Of a stretch of 64,000 bases of DNA, positions 1 to 9,387 are shown piece after piece. The stretch's first letter is position 1, and each line of letters begins with the position of its first letter. Made by a program: the position numbers and the translations under genes. Source of the stretch: Capsulimonadaceae bacterium (GTDB taxonomy: Bacteria > Armatimonadota > Armatimonadia > Armatimonadales > Capsulimonadaceae). Where the stretch lies: contig OZ244065.1 in assembly GCA_965215505.1 (NCBI GenBank), positions 3,744,001 to 3,808,000 of the forward strand, written 5' to 3'. Below the pieces are notes generated by a model, which was not told the origin of the DNA, ran no database searches, and saw only the letters and a program-made list of their open reading frames with translations.

Positions 1-851
1 TGCTCCAGCGCCTGTTCGGGACGCAGTGCTGGGCGGCGGAGAACTTCGCGGACCTCATGGAGTCGCCCCACGCGCACTGCTTCCCCTGCGACTGGCCCGC
101 CCCGACGCGCGTGGACCGCCGCCTGCCCCTGGGCGAGACGTTCACCTGGGAGGAATACACCTTCTGCCTGCACCCCATGAGCGGTCACACCCGGTTCGCG
201 TCGCTGATCGGCTTCGAGGCCGACGGCGTGAAGTTCGCGCACACGGGGGACCAGTATTTCTTCCAGCAGGGCTGGGGCGGCGGGCCGATGCCGCCGTTCG
301 CCGAGAACCCCCTCGCCCAGAACCATGTGTACCGGAACGGGGCTTTGCTGGACGGCTACGACCGGAGCGGCGACTGGCTGCTGGCCTGGCGGCCCGACAT
401 CGTTATCCAGGGCCATCAGGCCCCGTTCCACACCGACGACGCCTTCTTCGAGCGCATCGCGGCGTGGTCCATCGAGTACAAGGACATCCACCGGCGCGCG
501 ATGGTCCTGGGCGACGACGAGGCCCACTTCGACCTGGACAGTTGGGGCGGCTGGATCTGGCCGTACCGGACCTTCCTGCCGGAGCCTGGCCCCGCCCATG
601 TGCGCGTCACCGTCCGCAACCCATTCCCCCGGCAGGCTTCGCTCACCGTGACCCTGGTCGGCCCCCAGGGCTGGGAAGGCACGTCCGCCGTCCTGGACGC
701 CGCCCCGCGCGCTGAGGTCTCGGCGACGCTGTCCATCACGCCCACCGGCCCCTGCCGCCGCCAGCCCTTCGCCGTGGAGCTGACCGCCGACGGCCGCCCC
801 TTCGGCCAGGTCGCCGAGGCCCTGCTGACGGTCGGCGGCGAGGCGTTCTGA
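1..851 (+). CDS. MBL-fold metallo-hydrolase-like protein, 5' truncated by the window edge
   Basis: Frame is open from position 3. Motifs MSGHT, AHTGD and IQGH are typical late MBL-fold motifs. Confidence 0.6.
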   Translation, partial: LQRLFGTQCWAAENFADLMESPHAHCFPCDWPAPTRVDRRLPLGETFTWEEYTFCLHPMSGHTRFASLIGFEADGVKFAHTGDQYFFQQGWGGGPMPPFAENPLAQNHVYRNGALLDGYDRSGDWLLAWRPDIVIQGHQAPFHTDDAFFERIAAWSIEYKDIHRRAMVLGDDEAHFDLDSWGGWIWPYRTFLPEPGPAHVRVTVRNPFPRQASLTVTLVGPQGWEGTSAVLDAAPRAEVSATLSITPTGPCRRQPFAVELTADGRPFGQVAEALLTVGGEAF

Positions 852-945
852 CCGCTACAGCCGGGAAGGGATGTCGGCGGCATGGCAGGAGCCGCACGTC
901 TAAAGAGCGATGTCATAGCCCGTGATCCCGAAGCCGGAACGCCTG

Positions 946-1896
946 TTAGGACGGCTTCATTGCCCGAATATCAGACACAACACGGGGCAATTTTGCTAGC
1001 GACGCAGCCACTACCATGCTGTCAACAAGAGCGCAGCACTCGGATTTTCCCGTCGCCAGCAGCTCGCGGAATGGCCGGACTCGTGACATGGACCAGAGCA
1101 TGGCCGCCACTGCCACTGCCGGACGGCCGTTGATGCGTTGCTTTGCTTTTGGATAGACCGGATACCCCAGCCGCGTAATCAGCTTGTAGCTCGCGTGAAC
1201 GCCGCGTGCCAGAATCAGAGCCTCTTTCCACGAGGCACCGCCCCCACGCCGCTCGCCCGCCACTGACACGCTTTCAAACGCCACACACATCGGGGCGTGG
1301 CAGCGAAGCCAGAGAGGCATGTCGGGTTCCAGTGCAGCCGGCAACCCGGCGGCGTTGAACACGTCCACCCAGCGCTGCCGGCTCATAATGGTCTTTTGAC
1401 CGCCAGCCCCGATGGTCGCTTTGAGCCTGCCGTCGCCATCCAAAGTGGCCTGCACGAATGGCATACCGAGGCAGCACCGCTCGCCCCCAATCGCTTCTTG
1501 AAGGCGCTCGGGATGGAAGGTGTTGAACATGAACTGGATGCTCTTGGCGGCGCTGCGCGTCAATGCCGGCAGCAGCGTGTCGGTTTGATGCGCCAGAAGC
1601 GTGACGATTACCAGATCATACGGCGTCCGCTCGTCGAGTGCGCTTGAAACACGGACGCTTGCCCGTTCGCCTTTGACATCAACAACTGCACCATCGCGTT
1701 GAAGCTGTTGCAGCCTGAGGGAGTCGGGCCGCGCGATGACGGTGACATCATGGCCGCCGACGCGGGCCAGTTGAAAGGCGAATGCGCTGCCGATCTTTCC
1801 TGCGCCTAAAACAGCGATGCGGAGAGGGGAAGACAGTAGGGAAGATGATGCGGGCATAACAACTCCTGACATCGTGGGGAATATACTGGAGGACAC
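946..1896 (-). CDS. Ketopantoate reductase (PanE/ApbA) family oxidoreductase
   Basis: IAVLGAGKIG Rossmann motif and YDLVIVT. Start is uncertain. Confidence 0.75.
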   Translation of the reverse strand: MSSSIFPTMSGVVMPASSSLLSSPLRIAVLGAGKIGSAFAFQLARVGGHDVTVIARPDSLRLQQLQRDGAVVDVKGERASVRVSSALDERTPYDLVIVTLLAHQTDTLLPALTRSAAKSIQFMFNTFHPERLQEAIGGERCCLGMPFVQATLDGDGRLKATIGAGGQKTIMSRQRWVDVFNAAGLPAALEPDMPLWLRCHAPMCVAFESVSVAGERRGGGASWKEALILARGVHASYKLITRLGYPVYPKAKQRINGRPAVAVAAMLWSMSRVRPFRELLATGKSECCALVDSMVVAASLAKLPRVVSDIRAMKPS

Positions 1897-1981
1897 GAAG
1901 AGAGCCTCTTAAGACAATTCCGTAGGCTGTTGGACACGTTCAACTGGACGGCCAGTTAATCTTTTGCAACAGGCGGTATAG

Positions 1982-2025
1982 TCGCACCGAGTGCGATCAT
2001 GGAATTATTATTACACCAAGTGCGA
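1982..2025. promoter_or_regulatory. Putative TetR operator pair
   Basis: Palindrome TCGCAC-CGA-GTGCGA (1982-1996) and related TTACAC-CAA-GTGCGA (2011-2025) lie between the divergent reductase and TetR genes. Confidence 0.55.
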
Positions 2026-2154
2026 AATTATGCAAGCCCTCCTGCAATTTCCCCCCCGCCTTTAGACGCTGACAGTGATATGATGTATATACGCGACCGC
2101 TCTGCACTGCGCCGTGTGCGAATGTAGAGCGGTTGTCAAAGGGAGCCGCTTACA

Positions 2155-2766
2155 ATGATTGAGAGTTCCGAGGTTGAGATGGCCGAAGGGAAGGAGGGGC
2201 TGCGCGAGCGAAAAAAGCGGGAAACGCTCAAACGCATCGCAGAGGCCAGCCTCAAACTCTTTGTGAAGAACGGATATGAGGGCACGACGCTGGACGAGAT
2301 CGCGGCGGAGGCCGGCATCGCCCGGCGGACGTTCTTCTATTACTTCAAGTCCAAAGAGGCCATCCTCATGGCGTACCTGGATGGGGGCTTTGCGAGGTCC
2401 AGCGTACCCCTCTTGCTCGCGCAGCCGACGGATCAGGCACCGCTGACTGCGGTTCGTAACAGCTTTTTGCAATTGATGTCCTGGTTTGAGACGGAGGAAG
2501 CCATCGTTGTGGACACCTTATTGGGGTCCACCGAGGCGCTGAGGGCGCGGATGCAGGCGAACTATGTGGAGACGGAGCATTTAGTCTTTGAAACACTGTG
2601 CGAGTTGTGGCCGCAGCCGGAAAGGAGGGCTTCGCTTCGGATCGTCGCGATGGTCTCGGTGGGTGCCATGCGCGTTGCGAAGGAGGCATGGCGACGGGAG
2701 GAAGGGCAGCGGCCTCTGGCGGAGTACCTGCGGGAGAGCTTCGCGGCTCTCGAAAGGATTATCTGA
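2155..2766 (+). CDS. TetR/AcrR family regulator
   Basis: GLRERKKRET...TTLDEIAAEAGIARRTFFYYFKSKE N-terminal HTH. Confidence 0.92.
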   Translation: MIESSEVEMAEGKEGLRERKKRETLKRIAEASLKLFVKNGYEGTTLDEIAAEAGIARRTFFYYFKSKEAILMAYLDGGFARSSVPLLLAQPTDQAPLTAVRNSFLQLMSWFETEEAIVVDTLLGSTEALRARMQANYVETEHLVFETLCELWPQPERRASLRIVAMVSVGAMRVAKEAWRREEGQRPLAEYLRESFAALERII

Positions 2767-3027
2767 CGGATCACGTCATTGCGTCAGACGAGCGCAGCCA
2801 CAAACCTGCCCTCAGTAGGGACATCTATAAACTAAAGCGACGTTCCCGGTTTACTATGTGATAACGTCCTCTATCGGATACAATGACCACATCAGGGGCT
2901 TCACCTGAAACTTTAGTCCGGTTCCGGCGACCCGGCCGTTGCCATCATCACACTCTTTCTGCGCTTGACCTTAACGGCTTCGCCCATGAATTCGCTCAGT
3001 TTCCGATTCAGCTCGTCCATATCGCGC

Positions 3028-3123
3028 TGCCGTCAGCCCTTCGCCGTCGGATTGGTGGCCGACGGCCGCCCCTTCGGCCAGGTCGCCGAGGCCCTGCTGA
3101 CTGTGGGCGCCGAGGCGTTCTAA
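3028..3123 (+). repeat. Direct copy of the 3' end of the MBL gene (756-851)
   Basis: Ungapped alignment at offset 2272, including gacggccgccccttcggccaggtcgccgaggccctgctgac and ending gaggcgttc-stop. Confidence 0.9.
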
Positions 3124-3191
3124 CTACTCTCCGGTGTAACCCTGCAAACCACCCTTTGTAAAAAAGATGAGATAAACCATAACTCTCGCTA

Positions 3192-3227
3192 TTGACTTCT
3201 TGTCTCTAATTGTGGACAATATGTCAC
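3192..3227 (+). promoter_or_regulatory. Sigma70 promoter overlapped by a GTGGAC-N5-GTCAC operator
   Basis: TTGACT-17-GACAAT. The operator resembles the boxes upstream of the C gene. Confidence 0.55.
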
Positions 3228-4624
3228 ATATGGCACTCTCCATAATTGACGGAAGTGAATTGCGAACTATTCGTATTCGACTTGGCCTTTCACAAGTCAA
3301 ATTAGCGGAGATTACTGGCGTACCTCAAGCAGACTTATCAGCCTTTGAGCTTGGCAAATCGTCACTTTCCTCTAGAGAAATAGACCACTTAAATGACTTG
3401 CTTTCTAAGGAAGAAGATGTTTTTCGTGTTGTCAGCCGCAAGAAGCGTTATCGCCAACATGAATTTGGTTCTCTGTTGAGAGATCAGTCGCGTGCATTGT
3501 TAGCGCGCAGGACGCCAGAGAACATCAACTATTTAGAGTTACTAGCGACGCTCCAACAACAAGCCAACCAGAACTTACAGGCCGGGCCGACTGCGCTTTC
3601 CCTCTTTTCGGGATGTGGCGGCTTCAGTACTGGCTTCAGTTGGGCTGGCTTCAAAATACTAGGGTTTTTAGAGATAAACCCTGACTTCCGACGCATCTAC
3701 CGCGAAAACTTTCCCGCTGCCCTAGAGCTTGCCACTGACATAACCAAAGTTTCTCAATTTCAAGTCCAAAGCTGGAAAGAGAAACTAGGCCAAGTTGACG
3801 TGATAATCGGCGGCCCTCCATGTCAGGGCTTCAGTCTGTCTGGCAAGCGCAAATCTGATGATTATCGAAACACTTTGTTTGAACACTATCTTAGAGTAGT
3901 TGAAATTGTACAACCAAGGGTCGCAGTTCTCGAAAATGTGCGGCTATTAACATCAATGAAGCTTCCTGACGGCAGCCTCGTTACCGATGCAATTCGCAAA
4001 AGTTTTCAAAGGTTGGGCTATTCGGTTCAAGCTTTCGAGGTTAATGCCAAAGAATTTGGCGTTCCTCAACATCGTGAACGCATTTTGTTTGTAGCCACAA
4101 GAAAGGACCAAACAGTAGTGCCTTCAATTCCTAACCCAATGCATTCCTCAAACTCAAACCTATTTGATAACAAAATACCCTGCCGCACCTTTGCCGACGC
4201 TTGTTCTGACTTAGAATTTTTAGAATCTGGACAAAAATCGTGCATTGACCCTCTCCATGAAGCTGTCGATCACCCGCGACATGTGATTGAGTGGCTTTGG
4301 AATGTCCGCCAGGGTGCTAGTGCTCACGAAAATGAAGATCCAGCAATGCGGCCTCCGTCTGGTTATAATACCACCTATAAACGGCAGATGTGGAACGAAC
4401 CAGCGTCAACCGTCCAAACCACATTCGGCATGATTTCCGGTTGTCGAAATGTTCATCCATTTGCAACTCGTGCATTAACTGTTCGCGAAGCTGCGCGGAT
4501 TCAGTCATTTCCTGACACTTATAAGTTTTCGGGAACACTTGGCGCAGTTAGAACCTCGATTGGGAACGCGGTTCCGCCACTTCTCGCTTACCATTTAGGA
4601 TGCCACATAAAACAGTGGCTCTAA
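3221..4624 (+). CDS. C5-cytosine DNA methyltransferase with N-terminal XRE HTH
   Basis: LFSGCGG, GGPPCQGFS, LENV, PQHRER, LTVREAARIQSFPD and IGNAVPP motifs; N-terminal LGLSQVKLAEITGV HTH. Low GC. Start is 3221 or 3230. Confidence 0.93.
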   Translation: MSHMALSIIDGSELRTIRIRLGLSQVKLAEITGVPQADLSAFELGKSSLSSREIDHLNDLLSKEEDVFRVVSRKKRYRQHEFGSLLRDQSRALLARRTPENINYLELLATLQQQANQNLQAGPTALSLFSGCGGFSTGFSWAGFKILGFLEINPDFRRIYRENFPAALELATDITKVSQFQVQSWKEKLGQVDVIIGGPPCQGFSLSGKRKSDDYRNTLFEHYLRVVEIVQPRVAVLENVRLLTSMKLPDGSLVTDAIRKSFQRLGYSVQAFEVNAKEFGVPQHRERILFVATRKDQTVVPSIPNPMHSSNSNLFDNKIPCRTFADACSDLEFLESGQKSCIDPLHEAVDHPRHVIEWLWNVRQGASAHENEDPAMRPPSGYNTTYKRQMWNEPASTVQTTFGMISGCRNVHPFATRALTVREAARIQSFPDTYKFSGTLGAVRTSIGNAVPPLLAYHLGCHIKQWL

Positions 4625-5601
4625 ATCTTGTGGAAATAGCCAGCCTCTAAGTTAAATTGCAATTGTGTGGGGTGCTGCGCTTGTCCTCCTCTCTGCATCT
4701 GAATAATACCGAATCGTGGGGCTTCGTGCTGAACACTAGGTGGGTCTCTGTAACTTCCCTTTCTGATCGAGTAACCTTTCTTGGAGAAACCGCCGTAAGC
4801 ACGAGATAATTTGATAAGCTCATCAATTCCATAAACAGCTACTTCAGTAGCATCCCAACTTGTTGAAGATTTTGTTTTGTGTAGCAGAAAATCAGGTGCG
4901 AATGGATCGTTCAAATAGGCTTTCTGAAAAAGAAGTCGCGAAACCTCCTCTTGTTTTACTGACAAGATGTATTCCCACTCTTGTCGCCCTGCTGCATTGA
5001 TTTCCTCCCAAAACCATCGTCTTGGGTCACTCAACCTTTCGTTCAATCCAGCAGGATCATCGCTCGGGCGAAAACCAACGTCGCCACAAAATTGTCTAAG
5101 GCTATTTATAGCATTTTGCGAAACCGGAAGCCCATTGCGTATCAATAGATTTGCGAAACCTACTGCTGTTGTAAAATACAGTTGGGCATTTGTCGGAGTC
5201 TGACCATTACACTGCTTTGTTGAAACTCCGATTGTCTTTACATCTTTATCACTCCATTCAAAAGTGATTACTAAATCGCTTTTACATCTGTTGACAGTAA
5301 CACCGTTGATGTTTAGCCAACGAACGCCTTCTTCGGAAGTTGCGAGAGCACCAGTTGAAATTGCCTGTATTCGCCTAATCACAGATTTGCCAAGGAGTTG
5401 ACTAACATAATCAATCAAAATGGTGGCTGGATCTCCTGAGAAGACATGTCCTGGTCCGACGGTAGTAAGACGTCGAGGATAAGTGAGCGAGTTAATTTCT
5501 TGAGCGATCCTGCCTTCAAAGCTATGGCCGGCTTTCCTACCTAAAATCCCGGCTTGAATTTGAAGAGCATGAATCTCATCGACTGGTGTAAGAGCCATCA
5601 A
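4621..5601 (-). CDS. Putative type II restriction endonuclease
   Basis: Lies between the C gene and the MTase. KSD...GVSTK PD-(D/E)xK-like core; C-terminal QMQRGG..TQLQF is reminiscent of MspI/HinP1I-like enzymes (from recall). Confidence 0.65.
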   Translation of the reverse strand: MMALTPVDEIHALQIQAGILGRKAGHSFEGRIAQEINSLTYPRRLTTVGPGHVFSGDPATILIDYVSQLLGKSVIRRIQAISTGALATSEEGVRWLNINGVTVNRCKSDLVITFEWSDKDVKTIGVSTKQCNGQTPTNAQLYFTTAVGFANLLIRNGLPVSQNAINSLRQFCGDVGFRPSDDPAGLNERLSDPRRWFWEEINAAGRQEWEYILSVKQEEVSRLLFQKAYLNDPFAPDFLLHKTKSSTSWDATEVAVYGIDELIKLSRAYGGFSKKGYSIRKGSYRDPPSVQHEAPRFGIIQMQRGGQAQHPTQLQFNLEAGYFHKI

Positions 5602-5822
5602 ATACCTTCAATCAGGTCTGACAAAGAGACTTCCAGACCTTCTGCTAGTTTAATTAGATTCACGAAAGCAGGGTTTCGCCGACCACGTTCTAACATGCTG
5701 ATGTATGTGCGGTCGAAGCCACAGCGATCTGCTAGGCTTTCTTGAGATAGATGGAGCTTTTCACGCTGACCTCGTATCTTCTCGCCTAAAGTATTCAGGC
5801 TGTTTTGATGTTCTCTCATCAT
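5598..5822 (-). CDS. RM controller (C) protein, XRE HTH
   Basis: LSQESLADRCGFDRTYISMLERGRRNP; overlaps the REase start. Confidence 0.85.
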   Translation of the reverse strand: MMREHQNSLNTLGEKIRGQREKLHLSQESLADRCGFDRTYISMLERGRRNPAFVNLIKLAEGLEVSLSDLIEGI

Positions 5823-5839
5823 TGATTACTGGATCAATT

Positions 5840-5870
5840 GTAGACGCTCTGTCCACGGACAGAACGTCAC
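5840..5870 (-). promoter_or_regulatory. Tandem C-box-like operator
   Basis: GTAGAC-gctct-GTCCAC followed by GGAC-agaac-GTCAC, just upstream of the C gene. Confidence 0.6.
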
Positions 5871-6127
5871 ATTAATTTAGGAAGGAACCATCAAAATTCA
5901 GAAACCATTTTGAGTTAGCTTTTGTACCAGACTGTAACCATTGAAACGGGCGTTTCACGGGTAACGAATTACTCCGTGACATTGTCCTTCATCGGATGTA
6001 ACAACCTGAACAGAAGCTTTGCCTGAAGCCCCTGTTCATCTTCGGCGGATAGTCGTTGCTGTCATGCTTTTTTTGTGTTCAACCTCGATGGATTCGCTCG
6101 GCTCCTGGTTTAGCCCGGCCAGTTCGT

Positions 6128-6195
6128 ACCGCCACCGGCCCTTCGTCGGCAGTCTGGCTGCCAAAGCCCTAATAACCGCAGGTGGGGCGTTCTAA
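6128..6195 (+). repeat. Third, decayed copy of the MBL gene 3' end
   Basis: Reads AKALITAGG-AF*, versus AEALLTVGGEAF* in the intact gene; ends gcgttctaa. Confidence 0.55.
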
Positions 6196-7405
6196 TTTGC
6201 CTGTAGTCAACGCTGGGCGCTCCCCGCGCGTCGCGGTCGCGGCCCTGTGCTGCGCGGCCCTCTTCCTGTACGCCGTCTACCTCGGTGCGTTGGGCGTCCT
6301 GCTGCCCGCCGTCGGCGTCTCCTTCAGGCTGGGGGCGGCGGCCCAGGGGCGGCTTTTTCCTGCCGACTTCGGCGGGTTCGTCATCGGGGTGCTGCTCTGC
6401 GGGGCGCTGTCCGACCGGCTGGGGCGCAAGGCCGTCCTGCTGGGCGGGGTGGCGGCCTATGCGCTGGGGCTGGCCCTGTTCAGCCGGGCGGGGACGTTCC
6501 CGCTGGCCCTGTTCGCGACGGGCCTGATTGGGGCAGGCAGCGGGGCGATGGAGACGGTCGCGAGCGCCCTGGCCTCCGACCTGTTCCCCCACCGGCGCGC
6601 GTTCCTGATCAACGCCCTCCAGGTCGCCTTCGGCGCGGGCGCGGCCCTCGGCCCGGCCCTGGCCCACCCGCTGCTGGCGGCGGGTGTGGACTGGCGGCTG
6701 CTCCCGCTGGCATTGGCCGCCGCCAACGTCCTGCTCTTTTTTGCCCTCGCCTTGCAGCCCATCGCGGACACCCGGCACGCGGGGGAGGCGCTCGACCCCG
6801 CCGCCCTGCGCGCGGCCCTGCGGCAGCCGGTCTTCCTGGCCCTGTGTCTGTGTCAGGCGCTCTATGTCGGGGCGGAGGTCGGCTTCGCCTCGTGGATGCC
6901 GACCTATTTCCTGCGCCATTTGCCCGGCGCGGCCTGGGCGGGGGCTGTCGTTTCCGTCTTCTGGGTCGCCATGACGTTGGGACGCCTCGTGACGGGGGCT
7001 TTGGTGACGCGCCTGCCGCTCCTGCGCCTGACCCTGTTCCTGGCAGTCGGCGGGACGGTGGGGGCCGCCCTCGCCCTGGCCTGGACCGCGCCGGGGCCGA
7101 CGATGGTCCTGGTCGGGGTCACCGGGCTGTGCTTCTCAGGCATCTTCGGCCTGATTCTGGCCGAGGCGGGGGAGCGTTACCCACGCTTCGCCGGGACGGC
7201 CTTCGGGGCGGTCGTCGCGGCGGGCGGCATCGGCGGGGCGGTCGTCCCCTGGGCAGTCGGGGCGCTGGCGGACACGGGCGCGGGCCTGCGCGGAGCCTTG
7301 CTGCTCGTCCCGCTGGCGATGGCGGTCCTGACCGCCCTGGTCTACCGGCTTGGGCTACTGCGCCAGCCGCTCATAAGCGGCGTACTGCCAGAGGGCGAGG
7401 CGTGA
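6182..7405 (+). CDS. MFS transporter
   Basis: GALSDRLGRK motif A and about 12 hydrophobic segments. Confidence 0.9.
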   Translation: MGRSNLPVVNAGRSPRVAVAALCCAALFLYAVYLGALGVLLPAVGVSFRLGAAAQGRLFPADFGGFVIGVLLCGALSDRLGRKAVLLGGVAAYALGLALFSRAGTFPLALFATGLIGAGSGAMETVASALASDLFPHRRAFLINALQVAFGAGAALGPALAHPLLAAGVDWRLLPLALAAANVLLFFALALQPIADTRHAGEALDPAALRAALRQPVFLALCLCQALYVGAEVGFASWMPTYFLRHLPGAAWAGAVVSVFWVAMTLGRLVTGALVTRLPLLRLTLFLAVGGTVGAALALAWTAPGPTMVLVGVTGLCFSGIFGLILAEAGERYPRFAGTAFGAVVAAGGIGGAVVPWAVGALADTGAGLRGALLLVPLAMAVLTALVYRLGLLRQPLISGVLPEGEA

Positions 7406-7416
7406 GGGCATCGGGG
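7357..7416. repeat. 60-bp direct repeat, copy 1 (PLD gene 3' end)
   Basis: Matches 8239-8298 with 1 mismatch. Confidence 0.95.
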
Positions 7417-7436
7417 GAGGGCGTTCCGGCCCGGAA

Positions 7437-7892
7437 CTACCGGCGGCGAGGGCCGACCAGCACTTCCAATGCGCTGCCGTCGGACAGCCGGTAGACGTAG
7501 AAGTCTCCGTCTACGGTCAGCACCCGGCTCAGAAGGCGCGTCTCCGCCGTGACGACCAGGGAGGCGTCGGCCAGGTCCATCGGCGTGTCGGCGTACTGCG
7601 CCATCAGCGCGCGCATCCGCGCCCGCTCGTCCGCGCTGAGGTCATGCAGGACGACCAGAGCGTCTTCCACATAGCCCCACAGAGCATCCTGTCCGCGCGG
7701 GCCGTCGGCCTCCCCGAGCAGGTACATCGCCTCGGTCAAGCAGGGCCAGGTCGTGAGCAGCGGCACTTCGGGCAGGAGTGCCATCTCAGCCAGGACGCGC
7801 GCGTGGTTGGGGTCGTTCCGGTCTATCATCGCGGTCAGCGGCCCGGCGTCGGTCAGTACTTCGGTTTCGCGTTTTGATTTGCGTCGGCTCAT
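7437..7892 (-). CDS. PIN-domain (VapC-like) toxin
   Basis: LTDAGP, TWPCLTE, MDLADASL and TVDGDF PIN acidic motifs. Confidence 0.88.
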   Translation of the reverse strand: MSRRKSKRETEVLTDAGPLTAMIDRNDPNHARVLAEMALLPEVPLLTTWPCLTEAMYLLGEADGPRGQDALWGYVEDALVVLHDLSADERARMRALMAQYADTPMDLADASLVVTAETRLLSRVLTVDGDFYVYRLSDGSALEVLVGPRRR

Positions 7893-8179
7893 CGCGCGTG
7901 CTTCCGCGCCAGCGCTTCGGCGAAGCGGCGCCCGCCGTCCTCGGAATGGGCTTCCCCGGAGCTGGCGACGAGGCCGACGCGGCCGGCAAACAGGTCGGCC
8001 ATGCTTCGGCCCATCAGCGGACTCTCCCCGTCTTCCGTTTCTTCGTCTTCCGTTTCTTCTTCAGCCAGCCGTTCAGTCAGGAGGCGCAGGGCGACCGCCT
8101 GTGCGTCTTCCCCGTCGCGTGTCGCCCGATGCCGCAGGCGTGCTTCCGCGTCCGGGGGCAGTTCCAGCATGATAGTCAT
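7889..8179 (-). CDS. Putative antitoxin (VapB-like)
   Basis: MTIMLELPPDAEARLR N-terminus and acidic middle; 4-bp overlap with the PIN gene. Confidence 0.7.
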   Translation of the reverse strand: MTIMLELPPDAEARLRHRATRDGEDAQAVALRLLTERLAEEETEDEETEDGESPLMGRSMADLFAGRVGLVASSGEAHSEDGGRRFAEALARKHAR

Positions 8180-8203
8180 GGTCGTCTCCTTGAGCCTGTT
8201 CTC

Positions 8204-8232
8204 ATTATGGCGCGGGTTAAGGGCCTTGTCAA
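8204..8232 (-). promoter_or_regulatory. Sigma70 promoter of the TA operon
   Basis: TTGACA-17-CATAAT on the minus strand. Confidence 0.65.
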
Positions 8233-8236
8233 ACGG

Positions 8237-9355
8237 TCACTGCGCCAGTCGCTCATAAGCGGCGTACTGCCAGAGGGCGAGGCGTGAGGGCATCGGGGCG
8301 GGGGCGGAGCGCAGCCAGTCGGCCTCGAATTGGGCCTGCATTTGGGCGATGACCGCGCCGCCGTGCAATTCGATGTCGGTTTCACGGACCCAGCCGAAGC
8401 CGGCCCGTGTCCAATTGGTCGAGCCTGCGACGGCGGTCTGGCCGTCGAAGAGGGCCATTTTCAGGTGCAGGCGCAGGACGTCCCGCCCCAGGCGGAAGAA
8501 GTGGACGGAGACACCGGCCCGGAGCAGGGCGGCCGTTGCCCCGACGTTCAGGGGCGCGGCGGGCAGCCAGGGGTAGGACACGAGTGGGTCGAGCAGGACG
8601 CGCACCGAGACGCCGCGCTCGTGGCAGGCGATGAGGTCGCCCACCAGGCTGGTCCGGCCCATCTCGCATAGGGCGACGCAGACGGAGGCTTGGGCGCGCG
8701 AAAGGTTCTCGTGCAGGGCGGCGTCGGTGGGGGACTGCCCCACGCCCGTGCCCAGCAGCCGCGCCTGTGTCTGCCCCGGCGCGTCCGGCACGGCGGGCGT
8801 GGGCGCATCTGGAGGCGGCGCGGCGTCGCCGTCATCGCCGGCCTGCCGCCACTCGTCGTCGAACAGGGCCGTCAGAGACCCCGCGATGGGGCCGCGCAGT
8901 TGCAGCATCAGGTCGTGGTAGCGCGCGAACAGGGTGCCGACGTTCATGCCGCCGACCAGGACCTCCCGGTCGTCAATGGTGATGAACTTGCGGTGCATCT
9001 GGGGCGGCTTTCGGGGCCAGTCCGGCAGCGGGCGCGTGTCACTGAGCCGGACGGGGATGCCGAGGGCGCGCAGCCGCCCGTATGCGCGCCGGCCGTCGGC
9101 CATGAGGCCGGGCAGGAAGTTCCGCAGGCCGAGCGACCGGTCGAGCAGGACGCGCACCATCACGCCGCCTCTCTGTTTGGCCGCCAGGATGTCCATCATC
9201 CGGTCGGCGTCGGGGCCGCCAAAGAGGTAGAAGGCCATGCAAATGGTGTGACGGGCGCGTCCCAGCAGGGCGGGCATCTCGGCATAGGCCGCGCCGTCGA
9301 AGAGCGCATCGGCGGCGTGGGGCGCGAAGCCGGGTATGGGGTCGGAGGGAGGCAT
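8237..9355 (-). CDS. Phospholipase D / cardiolipin synthase-like protein
   Basis: Two HKD motifs: HRKFITID..GGMN and HLKMALFD..GSTN. Confidence 0.9.
   Translation of the reverse strand: MPPSDPIPGFAPHAADALFDGAAYAEMPALLGRARHTICMAFYLFGGPDADRMMDILAAKQRGGVMVRVLLDRSLGLRNFLPGLMADGRRAYGRLRALGIPVRLSDTRPLPDWPRKPPQMHRKFITIDDREVLVGGMNVGTLFARYHDLMLQLRGPIAGSLTALFDDEWRQAGDDGDAAPPPDAPTPAVPDAPGQTQARLLGTGVGQSPTDAALHENLSRAQASVCVALCEMGRTSLVGDLIACHERGVSVRVLLDPLVSYPWLPAAPLNVGATAALLRAGVSVHFFRLGRDVLRLHLKMALFDGQTAVAGSTNWTRAGFGWVRETDIELHGGAVIAQMQAQFEADWLRSAPAPMPSRLALWQYAAYERLAQ
8239..8298. repeat. 60-bp direct repeat, copy 2
   Basis: Matches 7357-7416. Confidence 0.95.
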
Positions 9356-9387
9356 ACACCTCCATACCCCGTTTAGTGCTGGGAGCG

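Noticed and set aside
756-6195. Integron or prophage
   Set aside because: No integrase, no attC-type palindromes and no phage genes; the repeats are coding-sequence ends.
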